A stretch of 32,000 bases of DNA from Fastidiosibacter lacustris (GTDB lineage Bacteria; Pseudomonadota; Gammaproteobacteria; Francisellales; Francisellaceae). This document shows, in pieces, positions 1 through 7,788 of this stretch. The notes under the pieces are model-generated. The model was given only the letters and a program-made list of their open reading frames with translations. It was not told the DNA's origin and ran no database searches. The DNA is taken from positions 84,312-116,311 of the forward strand of contig NZ_QLIR01000005.1 of the NCBI RefSeq assembly GCF_003428155.1, in the 5' to 3' direction. Made by a program: the position numbers and the translations under genes. How positions within the stretch are numbered: position 1 is the stretch's first letter; each line of letters starts with the position of its first letter.

Positions 1-88
1 TAACACTTGCTTTTTCAAGTGTATCAGGGTTATTAGCATTTCCATGAGGTGTATAAGGTTTAAGCTCTGCCGTACTTAACCATTGCAT
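1..88 (-). CDS. N-terminal fragment of a hypothetical protein running off the left edge (MQWLSTAELKPYTPHGNANNPDTLEKASV...)
   Basis: Minus-strand ATG at 88-86, preceded by AAAGGAA Shine-Dalgarno (AAAGGAATCACTATG); frame open to the window edge; not in the supplied ORF track. Confidence 0.5.
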   Translation of the reverse strand, partial: MQWLSTAELKPYTPHGNANNPDTLEKASV

Positions 89-340
89 AGTGATTCCTTT
101 GGCATTTCATTGAGCAAATAATTAAGTTAAATAATTGCTTATAACGATAGCTTATAAAATTGGAATATCTAAAGATCTTTAGCACAAATCATGCTGCCTC
201 AAGGTCTAGATGATGAATTAGTTATGAAACTAAATGGGAGATTTTTGATTATATTGGGGCTAAAGTAAGATTAAGAATAAGCAGTATATTAATTGTATTA
301 GTCTGGATATAATTGGTTTATGAATAATCTGAAAAGATGT

Positions 341-2395
341 TCAAGCTTTGATATATTCATCAGTTTTGTTTAACCAACGATGAATGATTTTCTCTGCGTG
401 CTTAGGATATTGTTTGATAATTGCTTCAGCAATATTAGTCACATCATCAAAAAGTGCTTGGTGTTGGCTTAAATCAGCAACTTTAAATTGAATTCCCCCT
501 GTTTGATTAGTTCCAAATATATCACCAGGACCTCTTAATTTTAAGTCTTCTTCGGCAATTACGAAGCCATTTTGCGTTTTACGCATAAGTTCTAAGCGTT
601 TTTTGGCAGTATTGGATAAAGGGGAGTGATATAGTAATATACAATTACTTTCTTTGTTACCGCGCCCAACACGTCCACGTAATTGATGTAATTGCGATAA
701 TCCAAGACGTTCGGCATTATCAATAATCATAATATTGGCATTGGGTACATCTACTCCAACTTCAATAACTGTTGTTGCAACCAATATATCTAACTCATGG
801 GATTTGAATGCCTGCATGATATCTTCTTTGTGCTGAGCTTTTAGTTTACCATGTATAAGCCCTATGCGAGCGCAAGGTAGCATGTTGCTTAGCATTTCAA
901 AAAGAGATTGGGCATCTTGTAAAGTAATTAGAACCTCTGAACTTTCAATTAAAGGACACACCCAATAAGCTTGACCATTATTGGCAATATGTTGTTCAAG
1001 TCGTGTAATTAGAATTTGCTTTTTAGTTTGGTTTAAAACACTGGTTGTAATCGGTTTACGATTAGGAGGAAGTTCATCAATAATGGAAAGATCTAAATCA
1101 CCATAGACAGTCATTGCTAGTGTGCGTGGGATAGGGGTAGCAGTCATTACAATCTGATGTGGCTGCCAATTTTTAGTTTTAGCTTTTTCAATTAAACTCA
1201 ACCGCTGCTCTACACCAAATCGATGTTGCTCATCAATTATGACTAATCCTAAATTCGGATAGTCAATGTTGTTTTGGAAAACGGCGTGTGTGCCGATAAT
1301 AACACAATTATCTTGATTCTCTATCGTTTTTAAGGCCTCTTTACGCGCCTTAGTCGTAAGCTGTTGAGCAATAAATACTACAGGAATATTAAATATGTTT
1401 AACCAGTTTGTAAGGTTATGATAGTGCTGTTTGGCTAAAATTTCAGTTGGTGCCATCATGACAGATTGTAGTTTATTGTGTGCAGCTTGAATGACTATGG
1501 CGCCAGCAACAACGGTTTTACCTGAACCAACATCACCTTGAACAAGACGTGATGCTGGTTTATTAAGCGTGAAATCATACAAAATCTCATTGATAACGCG
1601 TATTTGAGCTGGGGTAGGTTGAAAGCTTAAAGTTTCTAAAAAAGTTTTTAAAAGCGTATGATTAACGGCAATTCGAGCAGATGAGGTTATTTGATTGTGC
1701 AACCTTGCTTTTTTAGCATTTAAGTTGTGTGCTAACAATTCTTCTAATGCTAAGCGATAGCGTGCGCGAGCACTAAGGTTATATAGGTTATCAAAGTTAT
1801 CGTTTTTTGGGAAATGGAGAGTATGTAATGCTTGATTTATATTTTCTAGTTGATGTTTTTGTAAAAGTGAAAGTGGCATATATTCATCAAGCTTGATTTG
1901 ATCTTTGAGTTGTAAAATTAATTTATAAAAAACGGCAGAGCTTATTCCTTCAATAGTTGGATAAATAGGAATAATATTACCTAATTTTTTACCTTTATCT
2001 TCATCGGTTAAAATTTGCCATTCAGGGTGAGTGATCTCAACAGCATGATGATTATGAACAATCTCACCAAAGCAGCGAATGATTTTACCTTTTTGCAAGA
2101 GTCGTGTTTGATTTGAGTAAAACTTAAATAAGTGCATTTTACAAACGCCACTGCTATCAAAAAAGTAGCAAGTTAAATGTTTTTTACCAATATCATTAAT
2201 ATTGACTTGGCGAATTACACCTTCAATTTGTTGTTTTTCACCAGCTGTAGTATGAGCAATGGGTATAATTGTACGGCGATCTTGATAGTATCTAGGCAGG
2301 TGGAGTAAAAGATCAGTGACTGTATTGATACCAGCTTTATTGAGTTTATTTAAAATAGATTGACCAATACCTTTTAGCGATTTTAACTCTAGCAT
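341..2395 (-). CDS. recG: ATP-dependent DNA helicase RecG
   Basis: 684 aa; Walker A GDVGSGKT, DEQHRFGVEQR, TATPIPRTLAMT, QLRGRVGRG; full-length RecG architecture with N-terminal wedge domain. Confidence 0.97.
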   Translation of the reverse strand: MLELKSLKGIGQSILNKLNKAGINTVTDLLLHLPRYYQDRRTIIPIAHTTAGEKQQIEGVIRQVNINDIGKKHLTCYFFDSSGVCKMHLFKFYSNQTRLLQKGKIIRCFGEIVHNHHAVEITHPEWQILTDEDKGKKLGNIIPIYPTIEGISSAVFYKLILQLKDQIKLDEYMPLSLLQKHQLENINQALHTLHFPKNDNFDNLYNLSARARYRLALEELLAHNLNAKKARLHNQITSSARIAVNHTLLKTFLETLSFQPTPAQIRVINEILYDFTLNKPASRLVQGDVGSGKTVVAGAIVIQAAHNKLQSVMMAPTEILAKQHYHNLTNWLNIFNIPVVFIAQQLTTKARKEALKTIENQDNCVIIGTHAVFQNNIDYPNLGLVIIDEQHRFGVEQRLSLIEKAKTKNWQPHQIVMTATPIPRTLAMTVYGDLDLSIIDELPPNRKPITTSVLNQTKKQILITRLEQHIANNGQAYWVCPLIESSEVLITLQDAQSLFEMLSNMLPCARIGLIHGKLKAQHKEDIMQAFKSHELDILVATTVIEVGVDVPNANIMIIDNAERLGLSQLHQLRGRVGRGNKESNCILLYHSPLSNTAKKRLELMRKTQNGFVIAEEDLKLRGPGDIFGTNQTGGIQFKVADLSQHQALFDDVTNIAEAIIKQYPKHAEKIIHRWLNKTDEYIKA

Positions 2396-2398
2396 GTC

Positions 2399-3727
2399 CT
2401 ATCTAAACCATGATTTTAGTTTGTTATTAAGTGCATTATTTAGTGCTTTTTCAATAATAGGTTGTAAGTTTTGTTGTAATTTCTGTTGGTTGATTTTAGC
2501 ACTGAAATTTCCATTTTGGTAATTAAGGATATAGGGAATGTGTAAGCTAGGTTCGACTTGAACATTTAATAACAATGGATAATTAAAATATTCCTTGGAC
2601 ACATCAAACTTCCCTGTACCTGTTATGCTAAATTTAGGTGCAAGCCAACTGAGTCTCGTCGTTGTAATCATTGAGTCAACAAATTGACTCTGTACATTTA
2701 AAGTATTTAGCTGGGTATGTTGATTTGGATCTGCATTAAATTTATCGCTGTTTAAGATTGGCAATATTTGGTTTTTTAAGCTCTGAAAGGCGGTTTCAAT
2801 TTCATCACCACTATTTAGTGCAGTGAGTAGTTTGTGAGTTGAGTCAGCAATACTATTTAAATTGATTCCGTTAAGCTTAGCACTATTGGCGTGGATATTG
2901 ATATTACCTTGTAGTTTTTGAAGGTTATCTTGTTGAAGGTCGAAATTAATGTTGAATTGATTAAGTGTGAGTAAAAAACCTTTCATGTCAATAATTTTTT
3001 CAACAGCAATTTTTGGGGCTGAAAATTTACCTTCAGCAGAAAAATGAGGTTTTAGTTTTATTTGCTTGAGTGTACCTATTAGTTCTTCGCCATTAATATC
3101 AAGTGTAATGTTCTCAATATCAGTAACTTTATCGTTATCAGTGATATAAATTCTAGGAACTTTGAGAGACGTAGAGTGATTATTAATAGTAGTTTGTAAT
3201 GTAATATCATCAAACTGAATTGTGTTTGAATATGGATTGAGCGCCATTTGGAAGTTAAAATCATTAAATTCATTGACAAAGCTCCCTTTAATATTATATT
3301 TCTGGTTTTTCTCGAGGACGTTAAGTGTAGGAATTAAAAATTTTATTTTAGTACCAAGTTTAACTTGTCCTTGTTCAAGATCAAGTGACTTAATTGAGTT
3401 ATTGGGATTTATAATAAGGTCAATAAAATTAACTTTAATGGTACCTTGTTGCCAATGACTGGTGAGGATGTTGTTGTTAGTGTTAATTGTAATATTTTGC
3501 CCATCAAGTTGCATTAACCATAAGTTAAATGAAAGCCTGCCATCAATAAGGATATGAACATTGTTGTTCTGACTAAGTTTATTATTAACCCAGTTTTTGT
3601 AATCATTGGGATTAAAAATAAATTTCAACCAGATGAAAAATAGCAACAGAAGAAGCGTAATTGTAAGAAGGAGACTTAATATAAGTTTTTTAACCATGGT
3701 TATTCCTTTATCGTCAACTTTCAGCAT
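2399..3727 (-). CDS. AsmA family protein (inner-membrane anchored)
   Basis: N-terminal TM segment followed by long beta-rich AsmA-like region with C-terminal 'G.FDVS..YFNYPLLLNV' type repeat; more likely start at MVKKLILS (about 3697), which is preceded by AAAGGAAT. Confidence 0.7.
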   Translation of the reverse strand: MLKVDDKGITMVKKLILSLLLTITLLLLLFFIWLKFIFNPNDYKNWVNNKLSQNNNVHILIDGRLSFNLWLMQLDGQNITINTNNNILTSHWQQGTIKVNFIDLIINPNNSIKSLDLEQGQVKLGTKIKFLIPTLNVLEKNQKYNIKGSFVNEFNDFNFQMALNPYSNTIQFDDITLQTTINNHSTSLKVPRIYITDNDKVTDIENITLDINGEELIGTLKQIKLKPHFSAEGKFSAPKIAVEKIIDMKGFLLTLNQFNINFDLQQDNLQKLQGNINIHANSAKLNGINLNSIADSTHKLLTALNSGDEIETAFQSLKNQILPILNSDKFNADPNQHTQLNTLNVQSQFVDSMITTTRLSWLAPKFSITGTGKFDVSKEYFNYPLLLNVQVEPSLHIPYILNYQNGNFSAKINQQKLQQNLQPIIEKALNNALNNKLKSWFR

Positions 3728-3811
3728 GAAATTAACAGAATATGTTTGGCATCATGCACTATGTTTTTTATGATAGTCTGAATTATTGACGAATATTGAG
3801 TTTACGCCAAG

Positions 3812-4012
3812 TTGATTATGACAAAAAAATACCTCAAATATGGAATTCCTTTATTATTAAACATTTGTATAATAGGTTGTGGGCAGATGGGACCATTATA
3901 TTTGCCTTCTAGCGAAAAAAATGAACCTCAAACAAAATCACAGCCAGTGACAAAAACACCACAAGATGTAGGAAAGTGGCAAAATAGCGATGAAATAGAG
4001 TTTTCAAAATGA
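3812..4012 (+). CDS. lptM: LPS translocon maturation chaperone LptM-like lipoprotein (YifL family)
   Basis: Short lipoprotein with lipobox and C-G-Q-M-G-P-L-Y-L-P motif matching the CG.KGPLY.P signature of LptM/YifL. Confidence 0.8.
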   Translation: MIMTKKYLKYGIPLLLNICIIGCGQMGPLYLPSSEKNEPQTKSQPVTKTPQDVGKWQNSDEIEFSK

Positions 4013-5154
4013 AAATGCAGCTATTAATTATTACAGTAATAGGGATGATTAATCTATCAACTGCTTATGCAGTAAGTCCTGAAAACGCCAAAATTATGGC
4101 AGAAAAATACCGCGCGTTAGCGGAAAGCTATAACAAATTAGCACAAGAATATGAAATGGTAGTAAAGAATGAAGATATGTTAAATAAGACCCCAGCGCTG
4201 ACTATCAAACAAAAAGCAACGGATGATGCAAAAAAAATACAAACTAAGGAATTGAAAGTACAACAACAAAACAAAGATATTCAATCACAGGCAAACGATA
4301 GTACGCCACTAAATCCCTGGTCTGTTGAATTGGAAACACAAAAAGAGATAAATAATGTAACAAAGTCACCAGTTCACACTGTAAGTGAAAATCAAAGTAA
4401 AAGGCTAATAGGTTTAAGTGAACTTATTCTCCCCGAAGGTATTATGGATGATAATATTGAAGTGCAAAAAATACCTAATATTACAGTAGTAGTACCTTGG
4501 AAAGGCACAAGTTTTGGTCTTGGAGGAAGTATCGTTACAGGTAATTCAGCAGCAACAAACTATAATGCCAATGCCAATATTAGTTATAACCCAATTATTC
4601 CTTGGGAAAACACTTTGGTAATGAGTTATTTGTATAATCGTGATGATATGTCAGGTGGAAAAGGAGTTAAAACAAATAAATTTCAAGCATTAGGTACCAC
4701 TTCATGGAATTTTGATAAAAATAATGGTCTTTATGCAAGTTTAAACTACTTAAATGATCAGCTAGATACTTATACCTATCTTCTTACTGAATCGTTTGGC
4801 TATAAGCGACAACTTTACTCAAGGCATAATATGTCACTCAATACAACTTTAGGTCCGAGTTTAACTCAGTCAAAAATAAAAGAATCAGGAGAGTTTGCAA
4901 ATGCGCTGGGTGCACAGAATACAATTAATTATGTTTGGAATTTTACTGACGCATCAAGTTTTAAACAAAACTTTTTAGTGAACTGGACAGCAAGTGACGC
5001 AACAACTTATCAAACAAATAGTACTCTCTCAACAGAGCTATATGAAAACCTGATCTTGCAATTAGGATTTCAAGTAAACGGTAGCAGTTGGGCAAGCAGT
5101 GGTAAAAAACGTATCAATACGGTTACTTCAACAACAATCGCTTATACTTTTTAA
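4009..5154 (+). CDS. Probable outer-membrane beta-barrel protein with N-terminal helical segment
   Basis: Signal peptide (MKMQLLIITVIGMINLSTAYA), short coiled-coil-like region, then alternating amphipathic strands ending in ...STTIAYTF (C-terminal Phe typical of BAM substrates); ATGA overlap with lptM. Confidence 0.65.
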   Translation: MKMQLLIITVIGMINLSTAYAVSPENAKIMAEKYRALAESYNKLAQEYEMVVKNEDMLNKTPALTIKQKATDDAKKIQTKELKVQQQNKDIQSQANDSTPLNPWSVELETQKEINNVTKSPVHTVSENQSKRLIGLSELILPEGIMDDNIEVQKIPNITVVVPWKGTSFGLGGSIVTGNSAATNYNANANISYNPIIPWENTLVMSYLYNRDDMSGGKGVKTNKFQALGTTSWNFDKNNGLYASLNYLNDQLDTYTYLLTESFGYKRQLYSRHNMSLNTTLGPSLTQSKIKESGEFANALGAQNTINYVWNFTDASSFKQNFLVNWTASDATTYQTNSTLSTELYENLILQLGFQVNGSSWASSGKKRINTVTSTTIAYTF

Positions 5155-5227
5155 GGTTGTAAATGCTGCAAAAAACTTTGTTAGTGGTATATAATGTTAT
5201 GTTATCTCTACAGGTAGTAAAATAATT

Positions 5228-5677
5228 ATGTCTAAGAAAAAAATCACTTTATCGAACAGGAAGCGTTTAAGTGAGTTACAGACTAAAGCGGTAAAAACAA
5301 ACGCAGATGTTCGTCGTGAACAGATTCAGTCTATGCGTGAAATGCATGTTATGCCTGAAGGGAAGCTTGAGCTTGCAATTGAGCAGATGGTTGCGGATGT
5401 TGTATTTGAGTTGAATAACTTATATCGCCAGTGGAGTCAGCCGCTTGATTATAATCGTTATCGGTATAGCCCAAATGAACGTAATAGAAAGCTATTGAAT
5501 GAGTTAAAGGTATTTTTAAATGAGATAGCGGATTGGCTTATGAGTAAAGGTATTCGTGGTGAGGAGTGCAGGGAAAGGTGTCAGGAAATTGTTGATCGGA
5601 TTTCTCAAGGTTTACGCATAGAAGGGATACCCGTTGGTCATTTACAGTTACATTCTGAAAAGAGACAGGAATTTTAA
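5228..5677 (+). CDS. Conserved-looking hypothetical protein, 149 aa, charged and helical
   Basis: Complete ORF with start and stop, 2 nt upstream of rlmB; no motif I recognise. Confidence 0.7.
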   Translation: MSKKKITLSNRKRLSELQTKAVKTNADVRREQIQSMREMHVMPEGKLELAIEQMVADVVFELNNLYRQWSQPLDYNRYRYSPNERNRKLLNELKVFLNEIADWLMSKGIRGEECRERCQEIVDRISQGLRIEGIPVGHLQLHSEKRQEF

Positions 5678-5679
5678 TT

Positions 5680-6444
5680 ATGCATAATCTCATAATGATG
5701 TATGGTATACACGCGATCAAATCGCGCATAAAAGTTCATGCTGATGCAATTCAAACGATCTATTGTATTAAAGGTAAAGAAACTGCGCCTAAGCTTGGTG
5801 AGTTAAAGGCTTTGATGTTTAAAAAAAATCTAGAATTTAGCTTGGTCAACAAAGAGGTCTTTAATCAATTATTACAACAAAACAGTTTAAATGATGTAGT
5901 GCATCAAAATATATTGGCATTGTGCCAATCGAATATCAATTTATATCACGAAAGTGACCTTTTATTATTACTTAGACAATCTAAAAAACCAGTCTTTATT
6001 TTGATATTAGATGGTGTTCAAGATCCACATAATCTTGGTGCATGTATACGCAGTGCTGATGCAGCAGGTGTTGACTTTATCGTTTTTCCTAAGGATAAAA
6101 ATGCAACGATCAATGCCACTGTTGAAAAAGTAGCAAGTGGTGCGGTAAGTAGTGCCAAGCTTGTTGCAGTGACAAATTTAGCGCGAGCCATTGGTGTTAT
6201 AAAAGATGCAGGTATTTGGGTAACAGGGCTTGCAGGTGAGGCAAAAAACCTCATTTACGATATTGATTTAACAGTTCCTTGTGCATTAGTGATGGGTGCC
6301 GAAGGTAGTGGACTTCGTTTCGGGACACGTAAAATGTGTGATTATTTAGCAAAACTTCCAATGTACGGTCAAGTATCGAGTTTAAACGTTTCAGTTGCAA
6401 CAGGGATTGCTTTGTACGAAGTCATAAGACAAAGATTAGAGTGA
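5680..6444 (+). CDS. rlmB: 23S rRNA (guanosine-2'-O-)-methyltransferase RlmB (SpoU/TrmH family)
   Basis: YGIHAIKS N-terminus; LDGVQDPHNLGACIRSADAAGVDF, VMGAEGSGLR, LNVSVATGIALYE motifs. Confidence 0.95.
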   Translation: MHNLIMMYGIHAIKSRIKVHADAIQTIYCIKGKETAPKLGELKALMFKKNLEFSLVNKEVFNQLLQQNSLNDVVHQNILALCQSNINLYHESDLLLLLRQSKKPVFILILDGVQDPHNLGACIRSADAAGVDFIVFPKDKNATINATVEKVASGAVSSAKLVAVTNLARAIGVIKDAGIWVTGLAGEAKNLIYDIDLTVPCALVMGAEGSGLRFGTRKMCDYLAKLPMYGQVSSLNVSVATGIALYEVIRQRLE

Positions 6445-6477
6445 TCTTATGTTTAAAGAGGTATATGGTGCTTAACA

Positions 6478-7005
6478 TTGACGATAGGTTTAAGGGAAAA
6501 GGCTGTGAAGTTTAGAAAATCTAGACCTATGCAATGGGTTGTTTTGATTCTTCTACTATTTATCTTTGTTGGCATTATGATTGAGAATCTGCATACCAAC
6601 CATGAAAGTCAGTTTACACTTAATACCTCTCAACGTCAGGTTCAATTAGATTTAAATGCCTTGTTAGCATCCATTCAAATAAATAGTCAACACAGTGAAA
6701 ATTATCAAGTGGGCTATCATAATTTTGAACAAGGAAACTGTGAATTGGCATATAAACAGGTTCTGCCTTTTGCCAGAAGTGGTGAAACTAATGCTACTCT
6801 AGTGATTGGATTTATGTATGAGTTTGGTTGTGGTGTTAAAGATAGTGCTAAAAAAGCGGCACTTTGGTATTACAGTGGTATCAAACGTAATACTTATAAT
6901 AAGGTTCTAATTTTGCGTGGACTTCATGCTTATAACAACGGTGATTATAATATGGCGGCAGAATGGTTTAGAATGGCTAGTGAGTTAAGTGTTATAAAGG
7001 CGTAA
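6478..7005 (+). CDS. Single-pass membrane protein with Sel1/TPR-like repeat
   Basis: TM helix [16 protein letters not shown]; repeat [28 protein letters not shown]; tracked start is TTG, and GTG at 6505 with AGGGAAAAGG upstream is an alternative. Confidence 0.65.
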   Translation: MTIGLREKAVKFRKSRPMQWVVLILLLFIFVGIMIENLHTNHESQFTLNTSQRQVQLDLNALLASIQINSQHSENYQVGYHNFEQGNCELAYKQVLPFARSGETNATLVIGFMYEFGCGVKDSAKKAALWYYSGIKRNTYNKVLILRGLHAYNNGDYNMAAEWFRMASELSVIKA

Positions 7006-7676
7006 TGAAGATGGATAGGCAACAAGCTTGGCGCGATGTGTTGGCAGAATATAAAAATAGCGAGCGCTTTCAAGATACGTTGGCATTTGTTGCAAATGAA
7101 CGTAAAAAAGGCAAAATAATTTTTCCACAACAACAAGATGTTTTTAATGCGTTTAAGCTGTGTTCATTAGAGAACTTAAAAGTTGTTATTTTAGGTCAGG
7201 ATCCCTATCACAACGTTGGACAGGCACATGGTTTGGCATTTTCAGTGCAAAAAAACGTGATCCCGCCACCCTCATTAGTTAATATTTATAAAGAGCTCAG
7301 TGCAGATATCAATATCAGCGTACCTCAACATGGAAACTTAAGTAATTGGGCAGCACAAGGTGTTTTTTTACTTAATACTGTTCTAACTGTAGAAGCGCAT
7401 AAAGCGCATTCACATGCCAATATCGGTTGGGAGGATTTTACCGATAATGTCATACATATTATTAATAAATATAAAGAGCATGTCGTTTTCATGCTGTGGG
7501 GAGCTCCTGCTCAAAGGAAATCAAGTTTAATTGATGGGAATAAACATCTGATACTAAAAGCGCCTCACCCATCACCATTATCGGCACATCGTGGTTTTTT
7601 TGGTTGTAAGCACTTTTCTCAAGCCAACCAATATTTAAAATTTCATGGAGTAGAACCAATAGATTGGCAGTTGTAG
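7005..7676 (+). CDS. ung: Uracil-DNA glycosylase, family 1
   Basis: [18 protein letters not shown] active-site motif and [13 protein letters not shown] motif. Confidence 0.97.
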   Translation: MKMDRQQAWRDVLAEYKNSERFQDTLAFVANERKKGKIIFPQQQDVFNAFKLCSLENLKVVILGQDPYHNVGQAHGLAFSVQKNVIPPPSLVNIYKELSADINISVPQHGNLSNWAAQGVFLLNTVLTVEAHKAHSHANIGWEDFTDNVIHIINKYKEHVVFMLWGAPAQRKSSLIDGNKHLILKAPHPSPLSAHRGFFGCKHFSQANQYLKFHGVEPIDWQL

Positions 7677-7683
7677 GTACTTT

Positions 7684-7712
7684 TTGATTTTTTTAATTTA
7701 TCAGATTATAAA
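7684..7712 (+). promoter_or_regulatory. Candidate sigma70-like promoter for the arginine cluster
   Basis: TTGATT (7684-7689), 17 nt spacer, TATAAA (7707-7712); weak evidence in AT-rich DNA. Confidence 0.3.
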
Positions 7713-7788
7713 AATAATGAATTTTATTTATTAATGATCTTTGGTTATCTTTTAAAACCTGTCCCTTAATAAAAAGCAGATTGATGAT

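Noticed and set aside
3079-3458. Short ORFs 3079-3279 (-) and 3222-3458 (+) near or inside the AsmA-like gene
   Set aside because: Lie within a long well-supported CDS, show no motif and have frame-shadow composition.
5538-5729. Minus-strand ORF opposite the end of the 149-aa gene and rlmB start
   Set aside because: Antisense shadow ORF with no homology signal.
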